A stretch of 64,000 nucleotides of DNA, taken from a virus (Duplodnaviria > Heunggongvirae > Uroviricota > Caudoviricetes). The stretch covers positions 1-64,000 of the IMG/VR virus record IMGVR_UViG_3300028832_000003. The stretch is one strand, 5' to 3'. Within the stretch, counting starts at the first letter, position 1. Each line of letters begins with the position of its first letter. The notes below the pieces were generated by a model that worked only from the letters and a program-made list of their open reading frames with translations, was not told where the DNA came from and did not search any database. Positions 45,230 through 55,574 of this stretch are shown here, piece after piece. A program made the position numbers and the translations under genes.

Positions 45230-46957
45230 TTACACCTCCTCTAAACTATATCCCATGACAGTTCCATTATTGGATATACTACTACTAATTTCATAAAGTT
45301 CTCTTACATCATCTGCAGAAAGTGCAGTTGCATATGCTCTGAAATCAGATAGCTCACCATTAAAGAAATTCGTATATGCGCCACTAACATGAAGATTACC
45401 AATATTCAATTTATTAAGGTCTGTTCCCCAATAGCTAGTTGCACTTCCAGTAGCAAGAACTCCATTAACATAAACATTATTTTTAGTTGGATCACTTGTT
45501 TTTACTACCACAATATGATTCCATTTGTTTGCAGTATAATTGGTGGAAGAAATAGCATATCTCGTCCCAGCAGAATCTACATTCGTGATGATATTCCCCC
45601 CTGAAGAAAGACCAATAGCCAACCCACCTTGCTTATCAATAACAAGAATACTGTGTGCGGAAGGTGTGACAGAACTTGTTTTTACCCAAATGCTGATTGA
45701 TTTTGTTTCTGCAGGAAGCGGATTAGATTCTATATAATTCGTACTTCCATCAAAAATTGTACTCACACTGTATCTAGCAGAATCGGCATCATACGTGAAA
45801 GTTCCAGCCTTAGTACCATCATATCCATTTCCGCTTAAATCATATTCAATAGTGTCGGAATTATATCCTAATGGTATGTATTTAGAATCACCGTTTCCTG
45901 GCATATAAACTGTTTGTTTGTCTCCCAACTCTAATTTTACTTGAGTTAGATAATAATCAACATTTGTATCTACAAGTCTAAATGTTAATGTTCCACCTTC
46001 AACGGTTGCTGTTGATATAATTTGTCCAGAGTATCTTTTCCATTCTGTTGTTAAAGAAAATTCTGGAGACCAGTTTGTATTAGATCTAGACATTCTGCAT
46101 ATAGCACCATTTTGTGAAGCCTTAGCTAAAAATGATACTGTATAAGTTTGTCCTTGAACCCATACATTTGATACTAATCTGTAAATTCTTTGATTTGCAG
46201 TAGTAGTATTTGCTTTTAATACATTGCCATATACCGAATCGATATAATCTACACAAGTAGTACCATCTGCAGTCCATTTACTTTTAATAGATTCAAAATC
46301 ATATATATTTTGTAATCCACCAAATCCATCTAATTTGTAATGACAAATTAATCCTCTTGCTATTAGTTGAACTTCTTTCTTAGAAAGAGCATGATCGTAA
46401 ATACGAACATCATTAAGATATCCATAATAAGGATTAATTCTAAAAGTAGTTCCGGTCTCAGGTGTTAGCCCACTAGTATCCCATGTAGCCGTTGGATAAC
46501 TTGCATCCAATTCTCCATCTATATAATGTGTACTAACACCTACACCAGTTGTGGTTTTATCAATAACAACCGCTATATGATGCCAATTTGTAGTATCACT
46601 ACTTATTGCTTGAGATGTAATTCTTTTACCATTGTTATTGTCATCATTTATTACCCATCTAGGATTACTATTATTATTCCCATACCATAGACCAGAACCA
46701 CTAGCAAGTCTAATGAGCCAACCAGAAATATCAGTTGATTTTACCCAACAAGTAATAGACCATGAACGACCTTCAGATAGTATATTTGGTATTGATGTGC
46801 AAGTAAAATCTATATTTGTGCTACTTGATGCAGTTAAGCATTTACCAAGTTTGCCGTCGATAAAACTTGCAGATGATGGTAATGATGGAATTGTCATATT
46901 TTCAATACCAATATTTCTTAAGTCCTTTGTAAGAGGCATCCAAATTCTTAATGACAT
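45230..46957 (-). CDS. tail protein with tandem LamG / concanavalin-A-like lectin domains
   Basis: Two Laminin_G_3-like signatures: ...GYLNDVRIYDHALSKKEV and ...FNGELSDFRAYATALSADDVRELY. Confidence 0.65.
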   Translation of the reverse strand: MSLRIWMPLTKDLRNIGIENMTIPSLPSSASFIDGKLGKCLTASSSTNIDFTCTSIPNILSEGRSWSITCWVKSTDISGWLIRLASGSGLWYGNNNSNPRWVINDDNNNGKRITSQAISSDTTNWHHIAVVIDKTTTGVGVSTHYIDGELDASYPTATWDTSGLTPETGTTFRINPYYGYLNDVRIYDHALSKKEVQLIARGLICHYKLDGFGGLQNIYDFESIKSKWTADGTTCVDYIDSVYGNVLKANTTTANQRIYRLVSNVWVQGQTYTVSFLAKASQNGAICRMSRSNTNWSPEFSLTTEWKRYSGQIISTATVEGGTLTFRLVDTNVDYYLTQVKLELGDKQTVYMPGNGDSKYIPLGYNSDTIEYDLSGNGYDGTKAGTFTYDADSARYSVSTIFDGSTNYIESNPLPAETKSISIWVKTSSVTPSAHSILVIDKQGGLAIGLSSGGNIITNVDSAGTRYAISSTNYTANKWNHIVVVKTSDPTKNNVYVNGVLATGSATSYWGTDLNKLNIGNLHVSGAYTNFFNGELSDFRAYATALSADDVRELYEISSSISNNGTVMGYSLEEV

Positions 46958-46968
46958 ATGACCACCTC

Positions 46969-48333
46969 CTAATTAAGAAACACGAAGTCAATTGTTTGTG
47001 TATTAGAATTATACTGTATACTTGCGGCTCCGTTACCAATATTGACATTTGTTTTTGAGGTAAGAACTTGTGATCTAAGAGTTCCTGTACTTGCTTGTAC
47101 TTCTACTTTTGGAGTAAGATGCACTTGTTCACTTGTGGCAGATACGGCAGTTTCTGGATTAACATCATTTTGTGCGCTTAACACGACTTTTCTCCAATTA
47201 GCAGTAGTTGTAACAGATTGATATACTTTATCATTAAAACGCGTCCAAGAACCCCAAGTTCCATTACTACAAACTCTTGAATACATGGTATTGCTTGTTG
47301 CAGTATATATTTGGACATAATAATCACTCATTGCTGTTTTTATAACTTCAAGCCCAAATCCAGTTGATTGTGTATACCCGCTAGGCATATTAGAACAACC
47401 ATTATTGCCCCCAGCATAATAAAATCCAACTTGTTTTACTGTATTTAAATCTGTATTTACAAGATTGTTATTTACTGCAAATGTCTGTTCATAAATTCTG
47501 AACGAACCATTATCATATTTATAAATAGGATGATATGGTAATAAATAAAAATTAGTCGTGCTAACAGCAATTCCTAAATAAAGGTAATGATAATTATCAA
47601 CATCAGTGGGTTCTGTCTGCGTAATAGGCGAAGTACCAATGGGAGTAAATGTTGTTCCATTTAGTGTTCCTTTAATATATACTGGCTTATAAGCAGTTAA
47701 TGTTAAGCTCTGTGTAGTTGCAACTGCCATATTAAGCATAATATAGTTATTAGTACCAGTTCCATTCGCCGCAATATTATCAGCTGCATACAAGATTGGC
47801 CATCTAATGTCAAAAGCTGTACCTTTTTTAAGATGATAATATAAATTAGAACTATTAGCACAAATAATATTTGCTTTTACAATATCATTGGTTCCAGCTT
47901 TTATAGCACCATTGTATCTTAAATTTGTATTACCAGAATCACCATCTAAACTTCTTCCAGCAAATATCCAATAAGTGCCATCATACATGTAATAATGATA
48001 ATTATTAGCAATACCAAAAGCTGCAGTTTGAGTACCTGTTGTAGCATTTGTATTGCTATACCATATATCAAAAGCACCCGTACTGTTTACATTTAATGTA
48101 ATATGGTTACTAGCTGTAGCACTATATGAGTTTGTATTGCTAAACTTAACTGCAACCATTGAACCTACTTGCAGTACAAAATTTTGGTCACTAGAAACAG
48201 TAGCAACCTTATCTTTTGTACCAGCCGCAGTAGTACAAGTGCCATAATATATTGATCCCTTCGCACGAGCAACAGTATCTTTAATGTCATACTCACTGTT
48301 GTCAGGAAGTTTAACTTTAGAGATGTCAGCCAT
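46969..48333 (-). CDS. tail fibre-like structural protein
   Basis: ORF track; Thr/Asn/Gly/Tyr-rich beta-rich composition; lies in the fibre operon. Confidence 0.5.
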   Translation of the reverse strand: MADISKVKLPDNSEYDIKDTVARAKGSIYYGTCTTAAGTKDKVATVSSDQNFVLQVGSMVAVKFSNTNSYSATASNHITLNVNSTGAFDIWYSNTNATTGTQTAAFGIANNYHYYMYDGTYWIFAGRSLDGDSGNTNLRYNGAIKAGTNDIVKANIICANSSNLYYHLKKGTAFDIRWPILYAADNIAANGTGTNNYIMLNMAVATTQSLTLTAYKPVYIKGTLNGTTFTPIGTSPITQTEPTDVDNYHYLYLGIAVSTTNFYLLPYHPIYKYDNGSFRIYEQTFAVNNNLVNTDLNTVKQVGFYYAGGNNGCSNMPSGYTQSTGFGLEVIKTAMSDYYVQIYTATSNTMYSRVCSNGTWGSWTRFNDKVYQSVTTTANWRKVVLSAQNDVNPETAVSATSEQVHLTPKVEVQASTGTLRSQVLTSKTNVNIGNGAASIQYNSNTQTIDFVFLN

Positions 48334-48351
48334 TCGCAGTCACCTCCTTGA

Positions 48352-49731
48352 TTATGTCGTCTTAGGATCTACATCGTAAGTCTCAGCAGTACCACTAAAC
48401 GTCTGTGCTGCGGCCGTACCAGTACCAATGCTAGTAATTGCAGTTACTTTATCATTTGTTCCAACAGTAATAGTCTGTGCTGCAGCGGTTGCCGCACCAA
48501 GGGCAGTAATTGCACTTGCAGTATTTCCGGAAGTACTAGTATCAAACGTAACAGAATTAGTTCCGCTTGTACCAACCGCAGAAATATAAGCAACTCTGCC
48601 AGTTGCCGTTGCTGATTCAGATGCCAAAGTAATTGTAGGCTGAGTAGTAACAGAAACGGTTTTAGCAAAGGTGTCTGTTGAAGGAGTTGAATATCCAGTT
48701 ACGGCACTTGCCGTCGTTGCAGTACCAAGCCCAGTCATAACTGAAGCCCCACCACCACTTGCATTAAGTGAGCCAGTTGCAACGGTGGTTGCGGAAGTAG
48801 CTTTGATTGGTACTGTAACATCTGCAAATGTATATGGGGTGATAGTTCCATTACTCTTAGCAGGAGTAACACTTGTAGTAGACATAGGCTTAAAAGTAAA
48901 GCTTAAAGTCTCATTAGAAACAGTTGCTCCCCACATGGGGGAGTCGGCAGTTCTAGTTGAGGTTTCCGTACCTAAAGAACCAGTGGCAACTGTTTTTGCC
49001 GTATCAGTTGTGGCTACGTTCACGGCAGTTCCAGCAGTTGCTTTTGATGCAGTTGTAGTACTCGACTGTACTCCAGTTACAGTAGAAGTTACGAGTTTAG
49101 AAGTAGCACCCGGATAAGACTTAACAAATGTATCTGTATCAGCCGTGCCTAACCCTGTTAAAGCAGAACCAGAAGTTGCAACGCCTACAGCCGTTCCACT
49201 TGCAGTTGCCTTCATATATTTTGTGGTTCCAGAAGGTTTAGGAACAGTTGCAGTAACGGAAGAAGTCAACACTGTAGCTGTTGTGTGCGCTCCAAAGCTA
49301 ACGCTTGAAGTTCCATTTGTAAAAGTAGTGGCCTCACCTAATACTTTGTCAGTTGTTCCACCACTGAAAGTAACAGCAGATGCAGCATTTGAACCATGAG
49401 GAGTAATAGTTACAGTACCCTTATCCACATAAGCCATTGCACCAATTCCGCTTAAATCACCAAACTCTTGCCATGTTCCATTTTGAGCGCCCGCTGGCTG
49501 TGACCAAATAAATTCTTTAGATTGATAAGTAACAATGTCACCGTTGGTTGCAGTGACCGCAGTACCATTGATTGTAACAGGATTAGTCGTTGAACCATCT
49601 GAGATTGCCGTTGTAGTAACGCCTAACCACTCATTGAAATTACCTAATTCTGCGATTAAATCTCTGGCATATGCGTCCTTTATGTCATATGTGTTGCCAC
49701 TAGGCAACATAATTTTACTAATATCAGACAT
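48352..49731 (-). CDS. Thr/Ser/Ala/Gly-rich fibrous structural protein
   Basis: Low-complexity runs of T/S/A/G/V (e.g. TATVLTSSVTATVPKPSGTT). Its composition explains the antisense plus-strand ORFs 48671..49117 and 49145..49399. Confidence 0.55.
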   Translation of the reverse strand: MSDISKIMLPSGNTYDIKDAYARDLIAELGNFNEWLGVTTTAISDGSTTNPVTINGTAVTATNGDIVTYQSKEFIWSQPAGAQNGTWQEFGDLSGIGAMAYVDKGTVTITPHGSNAASAVTFSGGTTDKVLGEATTFTNGTSSVSFGAHTTATVLTSSVTATVPKPSGTTKYMKATASGTAVGVATSGSALTGLGTADTDTFVKSYPGATSKLVTSTVTGVQSSTTTASKATAGTAVNVATTDTAKTVATGSLGTETSTRTADSPMWGATVSNETLSFTFKPMSTTSVTPAKSNGTITPYTFADVTVPIKATSATTVATGSLNASGGGASVMTGLGTATTASAVTGYSTPSTDTFAKTVSVTTQPTITLASESATATGRVAYISAVGTSGTNSVTFDTSTSGNTASAITALGAATAAAQTITVGTNDKVTAITSIGTGTAAAQTFSGTAETYDVDPKTT

Positions 49732-49744
49732 ATCATTCTCCTTT

Positions 49745-51193
49745 TTAATCGATTGTGAAAACTAATTTCTCGCTGTCAACCGCAGACATGTAACAACTAA
49801 CTTTATTGTTCCAAAAAAGTCTTTCCTGCGGAGTAATATGCGAACTTGCATCGTTAATGTGATTAACTAAAGCTGATGCATTTCCGTCAATGAACGGAGC
49901 ATCAATTAGGTATGCCAATCCATCCCCAGCCTTTAAGCCCGGAATGTTGACTCCGTTCACCTGATCATGGTCTGTGTATATATAAAAATGCCCAGCCAGT
50001 CCGACAAGACTAGGTTGAGCATCCCAATAGGCAGTAGTGTTCGCATGTACCATTTCCATAGATGCGGCGATTGTCACCGATTTTTGAAGAGTGTCCGGCA
50101 CCAACGAGATGTTAGTGCCAGCCACAAGTTCAACAGTGTCAGTTGGAGTCGTCGCAGTTATGGTTTGCAGACCAACTTTTACGTTACTGATTGCATTCTG
50201 ATTTCTGTCAGCATTCTGAGGGATTAAATCAAGTTTCACTTTATCAGCAGAACTCATTAATCCGTCAGTAGTTGAAGTGGCTGGAGAGTAGGTAGTGTCT
50301 GTAAAAACCGCATTGGCAGGAACATCAGAAAGAACAGTATGCCCATTTACGGTTGCAGCATCTCCAGCCATTGGAACGGATATCCTCTGCTCATTACCGC
50401 TGTTATCAGTTAATACAATCTGTTTTGTATTTGAGTCCACGCTAATCGTATAGGTGGTATTTTCATCCGTAAATACGGCATTCGCTGGCACGTCAGAAAG
50501 AACTGTGTGATTGTTGACCGTACCAGCATCTGCCGCATATTGTATTGTCACCTCTTGCGCATTTCCGTCTGAATCAGTCAAGGTGACTTTTGTTCTGTCG
50601 TTTGGATTAATTGAAATGGTATAAGTAGTGTCGGTAAAAATTGCACCTTCTGGAACGTCAGACCTAAGAGTGTGATCCCCAATCTGTGTTCGTATTCCGT
50701 CCAATATTTGCAAGAACTCCGTAACGTCGTCAAGTTCCGCTAGAATAGGAAGGTTTGCAATTACAGCCTCTATAACCGTCCATTCATCCGATGACACCAT
50801 ATTGGTTGCATTAAAGGAGGATTTTATAATATGCAGTTCAAATGGGAACGTCGCCAAAGACATTCCTTCAGCTTCGAGTCCAACCTGATCAGGCACTTGA
50901 TTATACAAAGCAATCTCGAAGTGACCGATTCCGGGAACAGCTAGTATTTGGTTAGTAAGTTCAACAACGATGTATCCGTCAACCTTATTGCATTCATTAA
51001 ACACCGTAGTTCCATCTGGCTTAGTACCACGGAACACTGGATAAATGTTTTCAAGCGGATACGGCTCACCATCATTCAATACTGACACATATAAAAAACG
51101 TGTTTTATTGTCGCCCTGCATGGCTCTGATTGTATCTCTATATATGCCTGAGTCGGTCAAATCCAACTTCATATATGTTATGCTTTGATCCAT
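49745..51193 (-). CDS. baseplate/fibre protein with BppU-N-like N-terminal domain and three fibre repeats
   Basis: The N-terminal ~200 aa are paralogous to the N-terminus of 51794..55552. Three repeats HTVLSDVPANAVFTD(T/E)TY follow. C-terminal GLMSSADKVKLD is of the phage-fibre-repeat type. Confidence 0.65.
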   Translation of the reverse strand: MDQSITYMKLDLTDSGIYRDTIRAMQGDNKTRFLYVSVLNDGEPYPLENIYPVFRGTKPDGTTVFNECNKVDGYIVVELTNQILAVPGIGHFEIALYNQVPDQVGLEAEGMSLATFPFELHIIKSSFNATNMVSSDEWTVIEAVIANLPILAELDDVTEFLQILDGIRTQIGDHTLRSDVPEGAIFTDTTYTISINPNDRTKVTLTDSDGNAQEVTIQYAADAGTVNNHTVLSDVPANAVFTDENTTYTISVDSNTKQIVLTDNSGNEQRISVPMAGDAATVNGHTVLSDVPANAVFTDTTYSPATSTTDGLMSSADKVKLDLIPQNADRNQNAISNVKVGLQTITATTPTDTVELVAGTNISLVPDTLQKSVTIAASMEMVHANTTAYWDAQPSLVGLAGHFYIYTDHDQVNGVNIPGLKAGDGLAYLIDAPFIDGNASALVNHINDASSHITPQERLFWNNKVSCYMSAVDSEKLVFTID

Positions 51194-51211
51194 ATGGTTT
51201 TACCTCCTTTC

Positions 51212-51781
51212 TTATTTGATATACATTTTATAAATATTTAAACATGCTTTACTTTGATACCCAGTATAAGGGGATGACGAATATGCGTAAGCAGTTATGT
51301 CAAAATCATGTATACCAGTAACATTTGTTATATCAAACTCTGAGACAACCTTACCATTATAAAGATTAGCCACATCACTACCCCAAGCATTTGGTATGTT
51401 ATTACCGTGTCTAAATATTTCTTCGATTGAAATATATAAATCGATTGTCGCATATATTTCTCCATAACTATTAAAGCTACCATTGTAATCCCATACAACT
51501 GTTAATGTCGTAAAATCTGTTAAATCAACGCCAGTTGATACACTAGCAGATGCACTAAGATGTGGGCCATCACTATCTCCTTCATGTGCATAACTTACAT
51601 CTGTTGCAATTGCTAATGGTTCAACAGGTTCATAAATTGGAGTACCCATATCACTAGTTTGAATTGACAAAATCTCATCATGGAAATCCTGAGCATTAAT
51701 TTCAGCATCAGTGCCTTTTTTCTCACGAATGGCATCCGCAGTATCCTTTAGGAAGTCTTGTAGGTTATTATTCTTTGCCAT
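51212..51781 (-). CDS. hypothetical tail-associated protein
   Basis: ORF track. Confidence 0.5.
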   Translation of the reverse strand: MAKNNNLQDFLKDTADAIREKKGTDAEINAQDFHDEILSIQTSDMGTPIYEPVEPLAIATDVSYAHEGDSDGPHLSASASVSTGVDLTDFTTLTVVWDYNGSFNSYGEIYATIDLYISIEEIFRHGNNIPNAWGSDVANLYNGKVVSEFDITNVTGIHDFDITAYAYSSSPYTGYQSKACLNIYKMYIK

Positions 51782-51793
51782 GACAACACCTCC

Positions 51794-54700
51794 TTAGTAT
51801 GAACCATTAAGAGATGATATAATCATATCTTTGAGTTCGTATATATCACTTCTAATGTCAGTGGTTTCGTTGAGGGTTGCATATCTTCCAATAGAACAGT
51901 CAAAAGTAATTAGGTTTTTCATGTATCTAGACCTAAGTCTATTTGGATTACTATTCATATTCATATAAGTCCACAAATAGATGCCATGGTTCGAATAATT
52001 AACATAGAAATCTTTTTGTGACCATGAACTATTATATATATCAATTGGATAATTTGGATCAGATCCATTAATATTATAAGGAACTTCATATGTTCTAGTA
52101 TATGCTATTGCTTTCCCCACTACTGGTTGTGCATTTTCTTGATAATACTCAGAATCTGGATCATTGCTTAGTTGATATTGATACCAATATCTCGTCTTCG
52201 CTTGAGACGTTTCTGGAAGCATATATGTAGAAGTTAAATCGATTATACTATTGTCATATTCTTCCATAAAATCAATCGAATAATATTCTTTAGAATTAAT
52301 ATTTATCGTACCATTCAGAAAAACATCTGTATCCGTATACTCTGGAGAAACCGTTGGCCTTCCAGTCGCAGCATTTGAATGGTCACAGAAATAACTTGCA
52401 TATGCTTTTGCTTTATTTATGGATGATTCACTAAACCATAGCATATTAGTTCCATAATAATATCTATTATTGTTTGTCGGCCATCCACTTAATCCACTAC
52501 TTATATCTCCAGTAAGTCTAGAAGAGGATGTAATATTAGAACCATTATATACAGTATATTGAACATAATAATCATTATCAGATTCTGGTATAGCCATTAG
52601 TTTTGTCAACTGATCAGAAGATGGATTTCCACCAGGCGTTAGATAATATATATCTCCGCTATATAAGTATTGATTCTCTAATGCAACCAAAACATAATTA
52701 CTAAATATTTCATACTGCACATTTACATTATATGCATTTCTTAATACATAGGTGTATTTATAATATTTATTGTTATATTTACATTTCTTTACCATTGCAC
52801 GTGTCTCATATGGACTTAAAACGGCAACATATGCAGAATTATATCTACCGTTATAAAATCTTAATCCAATATTATCAACTCTAGGAATTCCATAAATATA
52901 ACTATTTGAAGAATCGTCGTTATACATAACTGGAAATAGTTTCATCTGCATATTTAACAAATATTGTTTAGAATATACACTTAAATATAAACCCTGTCCT
53001 TCAACGGTGTAATATTGGTAAGGAATTATATCATAATTATAGTTGTCACTATAATATATATGTGCATTAATACCATTTTTCTTTGTGCCGAGAAAATCTG
53101 TTAAATTATCGTAAAATCCTTCTTCTGGAACTGGATGATAACCAAGTGCATCATAAATATCAGTATCCGTAACTTCCTCATCAACTATGTCTTTTTGATA
53201 TACCAAAGAGTTTTTAGAATATTCTACATGGATTTTTATATTAAATGAATCATCAAAGTTGCTCATTCCTATACTAAAATTAGAAACCCCAATACAACCT
53301 TCCGGGATATCTGTGTGTTTAACTATGATGTTTTTTGTTGAATCAAAATCAACATAGTACCCATGTAATGTGTCATAATATGTAATAAGGTTTCCAATCT
53401 GTTTATAAATTTTTTGTTTAGCAGGATTGACTACATCGTCAGTACATATTTTCATTGGGTTTTTATATTTATAAACAACAAAATCACCAATGGATGGAGT
53501 CGTATCTGGATGGGTTATGCACGATTCAAATGCACTGCTACAATATGACATGTCGAACCCACACCACTGAGGGATTACTAAATATTTTTCATAGGCGATG
53601 CCATTTCTATAGTCATATATCATTCCATAAGAATATCCGTATTCATAATTATTCTTAAGATTCCATTGGTTGTCTAAAAAATCTATGATTTCAGTTTCAT
53701 AGGATGTGGTATATGCTTGCTCTGAAGAATCATAATGGCAACTGCTATCAAAAATTATGTTGGAAAGACTGCTACCACTATAAAAATAATTCGAAAGAGG
53801 ACTAGATAAACTTGTAATATAATTACCATTTTCATATATTGCAAAATCTGATTTATATAAATCCTCTGCTGCATTGTATTTGAGTTCTGAATTATAGTGA
53901 TCGTAAAATACAAAACTTCCGTTTGTCATTGTATTTGTTGCATATATTAACGGAAAGTTTGACCAAATCTCAAAAATATGACCACTTGGATTTCCTGGAG
54001 TGGTAATCAAATAGTAATAATATTTATAGTAACTAGAATACTCGTCACCGTCATATATGTCATTAGGACATTTTTTACTAAACGATCCAAGCGAATCAAA
54101 AGGAAGATACATAGATTCAATGTTTGTTTGATCAGACCCAACATAGTACCCTTGATTTAAATAAAAATTAGCATACTTATAAATAGGAACAAAAGTTTCT
54201 GCTGTTGGGCTTTCTTCAGAATCTTGACTTACTTCTACAACAAGATTAGATACATAAGAGTCTGCCACTGGTCTATAATCAACACCCTCTGGTGCATCAA
54301 AAAAACCATCGTATGTTCCAAAATTATAATAACCATATTCAAAAGTAGTAGACTCACCAGTATGCCATGTATCTACAAGCACCCATTCAGATGTCTCGTC
54401 ATCATAATTAAACTCAGCATAACAGTATCCATCAAAAAGTTGTCCACTTTCACCTTCAGTTCCTTCAGTTGCGGTTGCAAAACCAATACAAGGATTTTCA
54501 TCACCACCAAAAACCATGTATGAATAATGATTCAAGTTGTATTGCTCTGTCCATTTATCTAATATTGTTTTACATGTTTCAATACTGCAATCAAGAGCAA
54601 CATCATACATGATGTCTTTTAACTTATTGGCATAATAATCTTCATCAGGATTTGTTCGATAGATTTCTATCATTGAAGTATAATTTTGACTAGAAGAATC

Positions 54701-55552
54701 ATATGTTTCAACACTATCTAACTTAATGAGATCTTCTTCTACACCGCTTCCACCACCATCAAACACAATCTCATTATTTGTGCCAACAGAAACCCCTTCT
54801 CCAGTAAAAGTGAGAGATGCAGTTTTTGATCCTGCGGTAACAGTATCTTCACCGACAATAATGGATGAGAAAGCATTCTGATTGACTTCAGCACCGCTTT
54901 CGATTGCATTCATCTTGGCTTTATCAGAAGAACTCATAAGACCATCAGTGCTTGTCGTAGCTGGGCTGTAAGTTGTATCGGTAAACACCGCATTTGCAGG
55001 CACATCAGATCTAATCGTATGTCCGTCAACCTCACCCTCAAGAGTAGAAATTCTGTCCTCATATCCGTTAACCGTCTCAATGTAATCATCAAGTTCGGAC
55101 ATCAAAGGAATATTCTGCATTGCCTCTTCAAGAACCGTCCACTCATTAGAAGACTCCATGTTAACTGCATCAAACGATGATTTTACCACATGAATTGTGA
55201 ATGGAAAAGCGGAGATTACTTGGTTTGAATCCGACCCAGGAGTAGGAGTGTTGCTATATAAAGCAATCTCATATCTGCCCATTCCAGCAACCGTAAGGAT
55301 ATTCTGAGTCAACTCAACCATAACTTTATTATCAACGACAGTACACTCATTAAATACGGTAGTACCATCACTCTTTGTTCCACGGAGTACCGGGAAGACG
55401 CCAGTAAGGTCAAATGGATGACCGTCATTTAAGACAGTAACTCTCGCAAAGCGAGTGCCATTGTCTCCTTGCATAACGGTGACAGTATTTTGGTATCTTC
55501 CAAAATCTGCAAGGTCAACCGTTATATTTTTAGTACTTGTTTCAATACTCAC
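51794..55552 (-). CDS. large tail fibre / host-specificity protein (1252 aa) with BppU-N-like N-terminal domain
   Basis: N-terminus paralogous to 49745..51193 (…GDN(G/K)TRF…VLNDG.P…VFNEC…ALY…FPF.(I/L)H(V/I)(I/V)KSSF…). Shares the HTIRSDVPANAVFTDTTYSPAT…GLMSS.DKAK repeat. GTG start with GGGAGG RBS. Confidence 0.7.
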   Translation of the reverse strand: MSIETSTKNITVDLADFGRYQNTVTVMQGDNGTRFARVTVLNDGHPFDLTGVFPVLRGTKSDGTTVFNECTVVDNKVMVELTQNILTVAGMGRYEIALYSNTPTPGSDSNQVISAFPFTIHVVKSSFDAVNMESSNEWTVLEEAMQNIPLMSELDDYIETVNGYEDRISTLEGEVDGHTIRSDVPANAVFTDTTYSPATTSTDGLMSSSDKAKMNAIESGAEVNQNAFSSIIVGEDTVTAGSKTASLTFTGEGVSVGTNNEIVFDGGGSGVEEDLIKLDSVETYDSSSQNYTSMIEIYRTNPDEDYYANKLKDIMYDVALDCSIETCKTILDKWTEQYNLNHYSYMVFGGDENPCIGFATATEGTEGESGQLFDGYCYAEFNYDDETSEWVLVDTWHTGESTTFEYGYYNFGTYDGFFDAPEGVDYRPVADSYVSNLVVEVSQDSEESPTAETFVPIYKYANFYLNQGYYVGSDQTNIESMYLPFDSLGSFSKKCPNDIYDGDEYSSYYKYYYYLITTPGNPSGHIFEIWSNFPLIYATNTMTNGSFVFYDHYNSELKYNAAEDLYKSDFAIYENGNYITSLSSPLSNYFYSGSSLSNIIFDSSCHYDSSEQAYTTSYETEIIDFLDNQWNLKNNYEYGYSYGMIYDYRNGIAYEKYLVIPQWCGFDMSYCSSAFESCITHPDTTPSIGDFVVYKYKNPMKICTDDVVNPAKQKIYKQIGNLITYYDTLHGYYVDFDSTKNIIVKHTDIPEGCIGVSNFSIGMSNFDDSFNIKIHVEYSKNSLVYQKDIVDEEVTDTDIYDALGYHPVPEEGFYDNLTDFLGTKKNGINAHIYYSDNYNYDIIPYQYYTVEGQGLYLSVYSKQYLLNMQMKLFPVMYNDDSSNSYIYGIPRVDNIGLRFYNGRYNSAYVAVLSPYETRAMVKKCKYNNKYYKYTYVLRNAYNVNVQYEIFSNYVLVALENQYLYSGDIYYLTPGGNPSSDQLTKLMAIPESDNDYYVQYTVYNGSNITSSSRLTGDISSGLSGWPTNNNRYYYGTNMLWFSESSINKAKAYASYFCDHSNAATGRPTVSPEYTDTDVFLNGTININSKEYYSIDFMEEYDNSIIDLTSTYMLPETSQAKTRYWYQYQLSNDPDSEYYQENAQPVVGKAIAYTRTYEVPYNINGSDPNYPIDIYNSSWSQKDFYVNYSNHGIYLWTYMNMNSNPNRLRSRYMKNLITFDCSIGRYATLNETTDIRSDIYELKDMIISSLNGSY

Positions 55553-55574
55553 TTATCATTTCCTCCCTTCTTAT

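Noticed and set aside
48671-49399. Plus-strand ORFs rich in Val/Ala/Pro/Thr inside 48352..49731
   Set aside because: They are the complement of a Thr/Ser/Ala/Gly-rich low-complexity fibre gene. Repetitive codon composition keeps the reverse frame open.
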